A stretch of DNA of 64,000 bases from Patescibacteria group bacterium (GCA_038065235.1 JBBTRK010000005.1:22389-86388); one strand, 5' to 3'; counted from the first letter of the stretch, positions 49,482 through 58,190 are shown. Translations and numbers: made by a program. The notes: generated by a model not told the origin, from the letters alone.

Positions 49482-50468
49482 GTGCAAAAAGACCCAGTTG
49501 TTTACTTGGGCGAGGCATGGCGTGATGCACATGCCGTCGCGGTTCTGGATCATCAACGAGTCGTTGCAGAAAAGCAACTGGCTCGTACGCTCGTCCAAGA
49601 CGAAGATGTCATGGGCGAACGAGTTCTTTACGGTTGCACAGTGCAAGTGCCAGTTGGCATCGCACATGCAGATCGTGCTGTAGAATCTGCTTCTACCGAG
49701 TTTGAGCTTGTTCAAGCAGAGGCAGAACAGGCAAAAGCATTCGAATGCGAATGTCTGACGGAGACCGGTATAGCCCCGCTAGCAGTTGTACCGACGAATA
49801 TATGGGAACAGGTGACCAAGGCCTGGGGGTTGGTGAGGTTCGAATACCTGGAGCACTCCCGCGCCTACGCGCGTACTGTCAGCGAGCCGCCAATGCCTTC
49901 GGAGACTCGTAGAGCTGCGTGGATGTACTCCATTTCTGCTTGCATTGCACTGTGCATGGTCGCCATTCTGGCGATCGTTGCATCGGTATACTGGTGGGGT
50001 GCCGCATTCGTTGCTGTGTTTCTTTCCTGGTGTGCCTATGTTCTGGTTCGCGAGTACCGCACAAAGTCAAAAGCGCGTAGTGCATACGAGCAGCGTAAAC
50101 AGACACCGGGAGGGTTCGTTTCCGAGCTCTGGCCAGATGGGCATGACTATTACGAGTACCTCGTTCGAATGTCTGATTTCGGTGAGTTCTGCCAGCTTCC
50201 CGTAGCGTTTCCAAACGCACCCAAGAGCTTTGTTGAGAAGTTGCTTCGGTTAGAATCCAAGAGGGTACATTGCTGCATTGCCGCCGCCCCCGAAGCAATT
50301 CACGTCAAGCTTAGCGAAGCAAGACCGGCACCGAATGCCGATCCCATACTGTATATCAAGTCTCCATGCGGAGGCTTCGTAGCAGTCCTCGACCGCTTCG
50401 GTAACTTCGAAAATGAAGCGCGTGCCGTCCAGCAAGCGCAAGACATCACGGCACAGTACTACGCCTAA
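49482..50468 (+). CDS. Hypothetical protein with two central TM helices.
   Basis: GTG start after AAAGGTGG. Confidence 0.45.
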   Translation: MQKDPVVYLGEAWRDAHAVAVLDHQRVVAEKQLARTLVQDEDVMGERVLYGCTVQVPVGIAHADRAVESASTEFELVQAEAEQAKAFECECLTETGIAPLAVVPTNIWEQVTKAWGLVRFEYLEHSRAYARTVSEPPMPSETRRAAWMYSISACIALCMVAILAIVASVYWWGAAFVAVFLSWCAYVLVREYRTKSKARSAYEQRKQTPGGFVSELWPDGHDYYEYLVRMSDFGEFCQLPVAFPNAPKSFVEKLLRLESKRVHCCIAAAPEAIHVKLSEARPAPNADPILYIKSPCGGFVAVLDRFGNFENEARAVQQAQDITAQYYA

Positions 50469-50522
50469 CACCAACATTCGTTGTTTGATGACCAGCACCC
50501 TAAAAAGTGCTGGTTTTCTTTT

Positions 50523-50633
50523 TCCCCCAACCCCCTTGCCGTCCGTAGCTTTCTTGCCGACCGAAGCCTTGGCGAAGGTCGGAGCGTAGGACGGTGGCGT
50601 AGGTCGGTGCGCCCCGAGGGAGGGGGCAGCGGC
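50523..50633. repeat. Family A repeat, expanded copy with internal cgtaggWcgg sub-repeats.
   Basis: tttcccccaacccccttgccgtccgtagctttcttgccgaccgaagc...gagggagggggcagcggccc. Confidence 0.7.
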
Positions 50634-50678
50634 CCAGGTTGACGCCCACTTTCGGCTGGCGTACACTAGTTTTTACTT

Positions 50679-50951
50679 ATGTCTGCCCCAACTACTGAAT
50701 ACCTAGACCAGCGTTTTGAGCGCCTGGAATTAGCTACGCAATCTATTCTGACCGAAATGCGTCAGCGGTTTGCTGACCATGACGCCCGTTTCCAGCGTAT
50801 TGAAGCAACCTTAGCAACCCTTGTAGAATCCGTTGATCGTTTTGCAAAAATTTACACCGATCTAAACCAGGAAGTCGTGGTTATGCGGCAACAGCTTCGC
50901 GACGTGGAATCGCGTGTGGGGAAACTGGAGCTCAAGTTGAAGACAGCGTAA
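50679..50951 (+). CDS. Small coiled-coil hypothetical protein.
   Basis: ORF followed by a terminator hairpin. Confidence 0.45.
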   Translation: MSAPTTEYLDQRFERLELATQSILTEMRQRFADHDARFQRIEATLATLVESVDRFAKIYTDLNQEVVVMRQQLRDVESRVGKLELKLKTA

Positions 50952-51085
50952 TTATTCATTTTCTGGCAAACCCCGAGCATCCGCCCGGGGTTTTCTTTTT
51001 GCCGAATTTTCCCCCACCCCCAACCCCCGCGCCCCGGAACGTAAAACAAAAAGCCCAACTCTCGTGAGTTGGGCCAAAAGTAATT

Positions 51086-51313
51086 TTACTTTTTCGTATC
51101 GCCCTTCTTCGTGCATTCGACGCTAACCTTCAGCCGCCACTGTGCACCGCAGCGCGTGCAGGTAAAAGTCTTTTTGCCATCGACGAATACGACTGGCTTG
51201 CCACAGTGGCATGCCTGGGAGGGGATAGGCGTGAAGAGATGACCTATTTCCAGAATCAACCTCTCGCCGGCAGTTTGAATCACTTTTCTTAAAGAGCTAG
51301 TTTCGCTTGCCAT
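51086..51313 (-). CDS. Small zinc-ribbon protein.
   Basis: CHCG...CTRCG. Confidence 0.45.
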   Translation of the reverse strand: MASETSSLRKVIQTAGERLILEIGHLFTPIPSQACHCGKPVVFVDGKKTFTCTRCGAQWRLKVSVECTKKGDTKK

Positions 51314-51384
51314 GTAAATACCTCACTTTGTATGTGACTTTGTTTAACGGCTTACTGTAGCTAGGTAAGCTGCCTTTGTCAACC

Positions 51385-51466
51385 AAACCCCGCGCCCCCG
51401 CCCCAGGGGAGGGCAGAGGTCCGCCCGGCACGCCTACGGCGCAGCCGTGGCGGACGGGGGTGGGGG
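51385..51466. repeat. Family A repeat copy. A partial copy also lies at 51009-51037.
   Basis: caaaccccgcgcccccgccccaggggagggcagagg...gggggtgggggat. Confidence 0.65.
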
Positions 51467-51540
51467 ATAACCTGTTCACAAGCTAGCCCTTGCCGTTTGC
51501 TGTGGGAAAGCTAAAATAGTACTTATTTTAAAGTTATTGT

Positions 51541-52335
51541 ATGACTTCTGATAAAGAGTTTAATAAGGCAGCGCTGACAGCCGTAATATGCGCATTCATA
51601 ATCATGACATTTGTATTATTGTGGCGTTCTGGGGTGGATATAAGGTGGGCTGATGTACTAATTAATTTGTGTATAGCGTTACTTACAGCAATAATTTCAA
51701 TATTCGCCGCATTTGCTTTGTATAAGAGAGGGAAGAAAGCTGAGCAAAAAAGAGTGTTCGCAAACTTTAAACTGCTGTTTGCCGCATTTGTTTCAGAGAC
51801 TAATGACAATTTAGGTATACTAGTGTCATATCAAAAATCTGTAACGACAGATTCAATTTCGCATTTTAAAATGCTAACTGAAGTAATATCTAAAATAGTT
51901 ACTAACCATTTAATCTATAAACATTTAAGTGAGGAGCATGTAGTAGCAATTCGTTACGCACTTCATAAATACTTAGAGCTAAATAGCTATCTTGAAATTT
52001 TGATGCCGATTTTTTATGAGGGGAAAATTACTGAGCATTTAGTAAAACAGTTGCAGTTAGATGCAAAGAAAGTCAGGTATTATGCACTCGTTTTGCAGAA
52101 TTTAAACCAGGTTGCATTAAATGTGCTTGACGTTAGGTGGGTACCAAGTACAGATACTAAGTTGTTATATATGGATTTGTTGAAAAATGAGCCTAAGGAA
52201 GACGATCTTGAAAAATTTATTGATAAGTTGAAAAGCCATATAGAAATTGAGAAAAATATTAGCGCTCAACAAAAAGCGATTTCTAAAAAGAACTATTTAG
52301 CCGCAATGGAGAGGTACGAGAAAAAGTTAGAGTGA
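51541..52335 (+). CDS. AT-rich hypothetical protein with an N-terminal 2-TM anchor.
   Basis: Strongly AT-rich relative to the flanks. Confidence 0.55.
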   Translation: MTSDKEFNKAALTAVICAFIIMTFVLLWRSGVDIRWADVLINLCIALLTAIISIFAAFALYKRGKKAEQKRVFANFKLLFAAFVSETNDNLGILVSYQKSVTTDSISHFKMLTEVISKIVTNHLIYKHLSEEHVVAIRYALHKYLELNSYLEILMPIFYEGKITEHLVKQLQLDAKKVRYYALVLQNLNQVALNVLDVRWVPSTDTKLLYMDLLKNEPKEDDLEKFIDKLKSHIEIEKNISAQQKAISKKNYLAAMERYEKKLE

Positions 52336-52433
52336 ATCACGATACCTCACCTCAAGGGGCACATCAGTTACACCCGGCCATATGGTTTATTGTAAAGAGC
52401 TTAGAATATGAGCTCACATAACGCATAGATATT

Positions 52434-53180
52434 ATGAAGAAAGGGACAAAAATTTCGATACGTCTCAACCCCTACGTTTTTTTATATTCTGAAGCAAAGT
52501 TCTTTTTAGAGCACAGCAGTGTTAGTAGAGACTCTAAAAATGTGACCGATCTTATTAAGCGTTCAAAATTTGCAAGAACGAGCATAATTCTGTTCCAAGC
52601 TACGGTGGAATCAATACTTCGGTGGCTTCTTTTTAATGGCGCAATAAAAGGTATTTCAATGAGTTTAAAGAAAAAAATCGACCGAATGGATTTCAAGACC
52701 CGATTGGTTGAAATCACGAACGCTAATTGTAAAAAAATAAAGGTGTCTAATTTTCAGAAATACAATCACTTACTAGAAATGGCTGACCTAAGAAACAGCA
52801 TAATTCATCAAGAACATCTTCAAATGCAAGGCACCGTGGAAACTTTCGATAAAGTAAACAATAAAATAAAGATCCACCTAATTTCACGGAGTGAATTTTA
52901 TACTCATTCAAAACTCCAGAAGAATGTCAGACTCGTTGACTATTTTGATGCAATAAAAAGTAACGAAATTGTAGACGAGTTTGTTGATTGGTTGAAAATC
53001 AATCTTAAACGCCCAGAAGACTTTATCAACACGTTTAGCATTGTTGCCCATAATATAAAATCTAGAAGCCGGAAATTAAAAATCGGTTCAAGTTTACAGA
53101 TTGAAATTAAAGGTAGAGGAGAAGATCTCATCGATATGGCTAGCTATTGGCCAAATACAAAAATGACTTTTAGATTGTAA
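52434..53180 (+). CDS. AT-rich hypothetical protein with an RNxxxH (HEPN-like) motif.
   Basis: EMADLRNSIIHQEH. AT-rich. Confidence 0.55.
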   Translation: MKKGTKISIRLNPYVFLYSEAKFFLEHSSVSRDSKNVTDLIKRSKFARTSIILFQATVESILRWLLFNGAIKGISMSLKKKIDRMDFKTRLVEITNANCKKIKVSNFQKYNHLLEMADLRNSIIHQEHLQMQGTVETFDKVNNKIKIHLISRSEFYTHSKLQKNVRLVDYFDAIKSNEIVDEFVDWLKINLKRPEDFINTFSIVAHNIKSRSRKLKIGSSLQIEIKGRGEDLIDMASYWPNTKMTFRL

Positions 53181-53319
53181 TCTCACACCCTATTTTTTGG
53201 CATCTCCTATCCTGCCTGGTAGACTAGGTACATGACCCTATTGCCCCAAGAAAAATAGTTTTTGTTTGAAAAAAAGCCACCCGTAGAGAGTGGCTTGCAT
53301 TTTGCAACGATGTTTTTGC

Positions 53320-53532
53320 TCATGTCGCCGTGAGGGCGTGTACTCCTGCAATTATCAGTAGTACTACTGAGCTTGCACCGACCAGAAAGAACATAGAAAA
53401 AAGAAAACCCAGGAATCTTTGGTATTTTATACTCATCAGCGAGATGACGCTGAAGTACATTCCCAGTACGCCCAGTAACCCAATGATTCCCGTGAGAATC
53501 CAGACCCACCAAAGCGCTGTTATTAAATCCAC
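53320..53532 (-). CDS. Small 2-TM membrane protein, paralogous to the 48281/53723 genes.
   Basis: MDLITALWWVWILTG... AGGAGG RBS. The upstream region is similar to the paralog's upstream region. Confidence 0.55.
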   Translation of the reverse strand: MDLITALWWVWILTGIIGLLGVLGMYFSVISLMSIKYQRFLGFLFSMFFLVGASSVVLLIIAGVHALTAT

Positions 53533-53605
53533 ATTTTCCTCCTTGTGTTTTCTTCAACCTACACCAGCCGCTTGAGTAGTCAATGGCTAGCACCTGCAAT
53601 GAGGC

Positions 53606-54096
53606 TATGACCCTATTGCCCGCGGAGACGATTAGGGTCAGAATGTTATTTTTTTGGGTTATGTAAAAACCGCTCGGGGATTGAGCGGTTTTGAGTAATA
53701 CGGTATTTGGGTTACTTTCACATTAGCCGGCGAAAGCTTGGATGGCCGCAGCGCAGGCTGCAATAATGAGCATAATGGTTACGGAAATTGCAGAGCAAAC
53801 AAAAAGGATCAGGGTTACGTGCAAGAGTTTTGCCCGATAGTACTTCCCAGCGCTTTCGGCAGTAAAAAGTAAGGCCCAGCTTATCACGACTCCAGCGCAG
53901 CTAATGGGGATTAAGAACAGCCACGCCCACCAATAAGCAGATATAAAATTTATCAATGTTGCCTCCGTTGGTTTTCTCAAACCTACACCCCCAGCTTGAG
54001 TAGTCAATAGCTTGCACGTACAATACAGGTATGAACCTCATGTCATCTTTGAATAGTGAACAAAAACAGGCGGTTACGCATGCGTCCGGCCCGCTC
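53606..54096. repeat. Right copy of the 491-bp direct repeat. It carries the genuine 5' end of the helicase gene.
   Basis: See the left copy. Confidence 0.9.
53723..53956 (-). CDS. Small 2-TM membrane protein, right duplicate copy.
   Basis: Identical to the 48281..48514 copy. Confidence 0.5.
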   Translation of the reverse strand: MINFISAYWWAWLFLIPISCAGVVISWALLFTAESAGKYYRAKLLHVTLILFVCSAISVTIMLIIAACAAAIQAFAG

Positions 54097-57000
54097 CTTA
54101 TCGTTGCCGGCGCGGGGACGGGCAAGACCACCGTCGTCACCCAGCGCATTGCCTGGCTCATTGCCGAAAAGAAGATTAAGCCTGACCACATCCTCGGGTT
54201 AACGTTCACGGACAAAGCCGCCGGGGAACTGGAAGAGCGCGTGGACAAGCTGCTGCCCATGGGCTACGTGGATTTGTGGGTGAGCACGTTCCACAGCTTC
54301 TGCGAGCGCATCCTGCGGGATCACGCCCTGGACATTGGCCTTAGCCCCGACTTCACCTTGCTGGATGAGACGGACCAGGCCATTCTGATGCGCGAGCACC
54401 TGGAGCAATTCGACTTGAGCTACTACCGGCCGTTGGGCAACCCGACGAAGTTCGTGTCCAGCCTCATCAAGCACTTCAGCCGGTGCAAGGATGAAGCAAT
54501 TCGGCCAGAGGAATATCTGAAATACGCAGAAAAGTTACGGCTGGATTTGGATCAGGTGCATGGGCGCAAAAAGCATTCGCAGGATGAAGACAAGGATGAA
54601 ATCGTTGAAGTAGACAGGATAAACGAAATTGCGAACGCGTACCACACCTACCAGCAGCTCCTGTTCCAGAAGGGGAGCCTGGACTTCGGCGACCTCATCA
54701 CGCAGACGCTCTATCTCTTCCAGCAGCGGCCCAAGATTCTGGAGCGCTACCGCAAGCAGTTCGAGTACATCCTGGTGGACGAATTCCAGGACACGAACTG
54801 GGCGCAGTACGAGCTGGTGAAGTTGCTCGCTGCCCCGCAGAACAACCTGACCGTGGTGGGGGATGATGACCAGAGTATCTACAAGTTCCGCGGCGCCAGC
54901 GTGGCCAACATTCTGGCGTTCAAGACGGACTTCCCCAAAGCCAAAGAAGTGGTGCTCACCCAGAACTACCGCAGCACGCAAAACATTCTGGACTTGGCCT
55001 ACGACTTCATCCAGGCGAACAACCCGAATAGGTTAGAGGTGCAGCTTGGTAATACACCCCCCCTTACCCCCCCTTCGAAAGGGGGGGAGGGTGAGGGAGC
55101 CAAGAAGCGTGGGCGACGGAAAAATTCCGCACCCCAATTATCTCCCTCTTCACAAGGGGGAGAGGGAGGGGGTCGAGACAAGGCCTTTGCGATTAGCAAA
55201 AAGCTTTTTGCTCAAGAGCAAGGCACCGGTACAATAGAGTATTCCATTGCACCGATTCTGGAGCAGGAAGCCACTGGCGCAGTGGAGAAAATCCTGGAGC
55301 TCAAGAAGAAGAAAGGCACCAGCTACAACGATTTTGCCATTCTGGTGCGCGCCAATGATTCGGCGCAGCCCTTCATCCAGCGCCTGAAAGCCGCGGACGT
55401 GCCGTTCCAGTTCGTGGCCACGGCCGGGCTGTACCGCCAACCCATTGTGCTGGACATCCTCAACTACCTCAAGCTGCTAGATAACTTCCACGAGAGCGCC
55501 AGCTTGTACCGCATGCTCACCCTCCCATCCCTGTGCATTCCCTTGCAGGATGTGATGAGCATGATGGCTACAGCGCGGCGGGAGACCAAGTCGCTGTACG
55601 AAGTGTCCAAGAACGTCCGTGCGCTCACCGGGATGCAACCCGAGACAATCGCGGCTGTGGAAAAACTTCATGGGTGGCTCGAAGCGCACGGCCAACTGGC
55701 GCGCACGCAGCCCGTGGGTGAAGTGGCCTTGAAGTTCTTGGAAGACTCGGGTTTGATGAAAGACCTCACCAGCTCCACAGACGCTGACCACTTGGAAGTG
55801 GTGAACTACATGAACCAGCTGTTCCAAGTGTTCCAGAGCTTCCAGATGCGGCACGAAGAACCGACGGTGAAGAATTTTTTGCACGAATTAGCTTTCGCCC
55901 AAGACGCGGGCGATTCTGGAAGTCTGCGGCCGCCCGAATGGGAGCAAGGCCCAGAGGCTGTGAAGCTCATGACCATTCACAGCGCCAAAGGCTTGGAATT
56001 CCCGTACGTGTTCATTGCGAACTTGGTTGATAAGAGATTCCCCACAATCGAGCGCCGCGACGCCATTGAACTACCCGATGATCTCGTCAGAGAGAAACTT
56101 CCCGAAGGGGACTGGCACTTGCAAGAAGAGCGACGCCTCATGTATGTGGCCATCACCCGCGCCAAGCAAGGCGTGTTCTTCACGGCCGCGGAAGACTACG
56201 GCGGCACGCGCAAGAAAAAGCCCTCGCGCTTCATTGAAGAGCTTGGCCTCAAAGCCAAACCGTTCAAATTAAAGGGTGGATTGTTGGATAAGCAAAAGGC
56301 GCCTGCACGTCAAGAAAATGACGCCGAATTACTGCGTAAAGCACTGCCCCCGTACTTCAGCTTCACGCAGTTGAAGGCGTTTGAGAAATGCCCTAAGCAG
56401 TACAAGTACGCCCACTTGCTGAAGATCCCGGTGCCAGGGCATGCCACGTTGAGCTTTGGCCAAACCATTCATAACACCTTGCTCAACTTCTTCAAGCTGG
56501 CACGCGAGCGCGGCATGGCCGGTCAGGCTGATTTGTTCGGCAAGAAAGACCAGGCCACCAGCGGCCCGCCTGTTACCTGGGCCGAGCTGCAGCAAATTTA
56601 CCAAGCCAACTGGCAAGACATGTGGTACAGCAGCATGGCGCAGAAGACGGAGTACAAGCACCGCGGCGTAAAGTTCCTCAAAAACTTCTACGATTCTCTC
56701 CCAACACCGTGGCCACAACCAACCGAGCTGGAAAAAGGTTTTACCATTGTCATCAACGGCCATAAAGTAAAAGGCAAGATTGACCGCATTGACCCCAGCA
56801 CTGGCGGCATAGAAATTATTGACTACAAGACCAGCGAGAAACCGCCAGCAGAAAACAAAGCCGATTTGGAACAGCTGCACATTTACGCTATGGCCGCGCG
56901 CGAAGCGCTTGGACTCAATCCGGTGAAGCTCACCTTCATTTACCTGGCCGCCGAAAAACCCTTTAGCTACCCAATTGACGAAAAGGCCATTGAGAAAACC

Positions 57001-57123
57001 CGCGCCGAGATAGGGGAGACCATTGAGGCAATTTTGAAAAGTGACTTTGTTGCCACGCCGAGCAAGTTCACCTGCGTATCCTGCGATTTTCGAAATATCT
57101 GCGAGGATAGGTATAGAGGGTAA
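54031..57123 (+). CDS. UvrD/PcrA-like superfamily-1 helicase fused to a C-terminal RecB-family (PD-(D/E)xK, Cys-cluster) nuclease domain.
   Basis: Walker A AGAGTGKT, DEFQDTN, and the helicase motifs. C-terminal IIDYKTS and CVSCDFRNICEDR. Confidence 0.9.
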   Translation: MNLMSSLNSEQKQAVTHASGPLLIVAGAGTGKTTVVTQRIAWLIAEKKIKPDHILGLTFTDKAAGELEERVDKLLPMGYVDLWVSTFHSFCERILRDHALDIGLSPDFTLLDETDQAILMREHLEQFDLSYYRPLGNPTKFVSSLIKHFSRCKDEAIRPEEYLKYAEKLRLDLDQVHGRKKHSQDEDKDEIVEVDRINEIANAYHTYQQLLFQKGSLDFGDLITQTLYLFQQRPKILERYRKQFEYILVDEFQDTNWAQYELVKLLAAPQNNLTVVGDDDQSIYKFRGASVANILAFKTDFPKAKEVVLTQNYRSTQNILDLAYDFIQANNPNRLEVQLGNTPPLTPPSKGGEGEGAKKRGRRKNSAPQLSPSSQGGEGGGRDKAFAISKKLFAQEQGTGTIEYSIAPILEQEATGAVEKILELKKKKGTSYNDFAILVRANDSAQPFIQRLKAADVPFQFVATAGLYRQPIVLDILNYLKLLDNFHESASLYRMLTLPSLCIPLQDVMSMMATARRETKSLYEVSKNVRALTGMQPETIAAVEKLHGWLEAHGQLARTQPVGEVALKFLEDSGLMKDLTSSTDADHLEVVNYMNQLFQVFQSFQMRHEEPTVKNFLHELAFAQDAGDSGSLRPPEWEQGPEAVKLMTIHSAKGLEFPYVFIANLVDKRFPTIERRDAIELPDDLVREKLPEGDWHLQEERRLMYVAITRAKQGVFFTAAEDYGGTRKKKPSRFIEELGLKAKPFKLKGGLLDKQKAPARQENDAELLRKALPPYFSFTQLKAFEKCPKQYKYAHLLKIPVPGHATLSFGQTIHNTLLNFFKLARERGMAGQADLFGKKDQATSGPPVTWAELQQIYQANWQDMWYSSMAQKTEYKHRGVKFLKNFYDSLPTPWPQPTELEKGFTIVINGHKVKGKIDRIDPSTGGIEIIDYKTSEKPPAENKADLEQLHIYAMAAREALGLNPVKLTFIYLAAEKPFSYPIDEKAIEKTRAEIGETIEAILKSDFVATPSKFTCVSCDFRNICEDRYRG
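55055..55172 (+). repeat. In-frame GC-rich palindromic insertion within the helicase ORF.
   Basis: CCCCCCC-TTCGAAA-GGGGGGG and tccctct...agaggga hairpins. Encodes the low-complexity stretch NTPPLTPPSKGGEGEGAKKRGRRKNSAPQLSPSSQGGEGGG. Confidence 0.6.
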
Positions 57124-57200
57124 TTAAAGTTGTCATGCCGGACTCGATCCGGCATCTTGCCGCAAGGCCCCGGGTCTGACGCCCGGGGCGACATAAATGA

Positions 57201-57749
57201 GTGAAGCTTATGCAAGAAGAACTTTTCGACGCCTGCGACGAACAAGGCAACCCAAAGGGTGAGCGGGTAACCCGTGCAGACGCGCACACCAAAGGAATTT
57301 GGCACCACACCGTGCACCTGTACCTGGTACGGAAGGTGGGGGATGACTTCGCGTTCCTCATGCACCTTCGAGCAAAGACCAAAGACTTGAACCCGGACAA
57401 GTGGGACACGCGCTTCGGCGGACACGTGCTTGCGGGTATGAGCATCGCCGATACCGCTCGCCGAGAACTCAAAGAAGAAGTTGGTTTGAACTTGGAGTAC
57501 TATAAAATAGTTGAAGGTGTTGTAACGAAACGTGACAATTTTCCAAATAGGGAATTTACTCACACATTTTTTGTTGAGGTTCCAGAAGATGTCCCAGTAC
57601 AATTCGAAGACGGTGAAGTGCAGCGCGTGGAGTGGATGACGGCAAAGGAAATTATTGCTTCAATGCAAACCAAGTCTCGCCCGTGGGCCGGGAGTCTGCA
57701 AGGCTTCCAAGAAACGCTGAAGGTTTTGCAGGAGAGGTGGAAGGGGTAG
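57201..57749 (+). CDS. NUDIX hydrolase.
   Basis: Nudix box GGHVLAGMSIADTARRELKEEVGL. Confidence 0.8.
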   Translation: MKLMQEELFDACDEQGNPKGERVTRADAHTKGIWHHTVHLYLVRKVGDDFAFLMHLRAKTKDLNPDKWDTRFGGHVLAGMSIADTARRELKEEVGLNLEYYKIVEGVVTKRDNFPNREFTHTFFVEVPEDVPVQFEDGEVQRVEWMTAKEIIASMQTKSRPWAGSLQGFQETLKVLQERWKG

Positions 57750-58190
57750 TGTTATTTGTCATGCCGGAGAGCACATCCGGCATCTTGTAGTTGCACTGAA
57801 GTGCGACCTAATGTTTTCCAGTTGATGGTGTTCCATCACGTGAATGCCACCCTTTCTTGGTGGCAAGAAAGGATGTAGCCCAAAGAAGCCAGCAGGGGGA
57901 ATCGATTCGCACACGAGAAGCACGCCATCCCATTTGTTGGATGGGCTCAGCGATTCCCCCTGCACCCGAATGCTAAACAAGTTTTCTCTTTTCCCTTTGA
58001 TCAACCGTGATTCGATGACATGAACCGTATAAACGTTTGGTCGTTCACCCGTATAACCCAGAGATCCCGGATCGGAGTCCGGGATGACAGTAAATGAGCA
58101 TTGCGTTGTACTATAATTGACACTATTACAGGAGGAGTATACTAGGGCGACATGAGCGTACGTGCTGGGTGTGGCTAACCTTCCCGCACT

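Noticed and set aside
54535-54981. Minus-strand ORFs inside the helicase gene (54199..54474, 54535..54981, 55477..55884, 56329..56880).
   Set aside because: All are antisense to a gene with every SF1 helicase motif.
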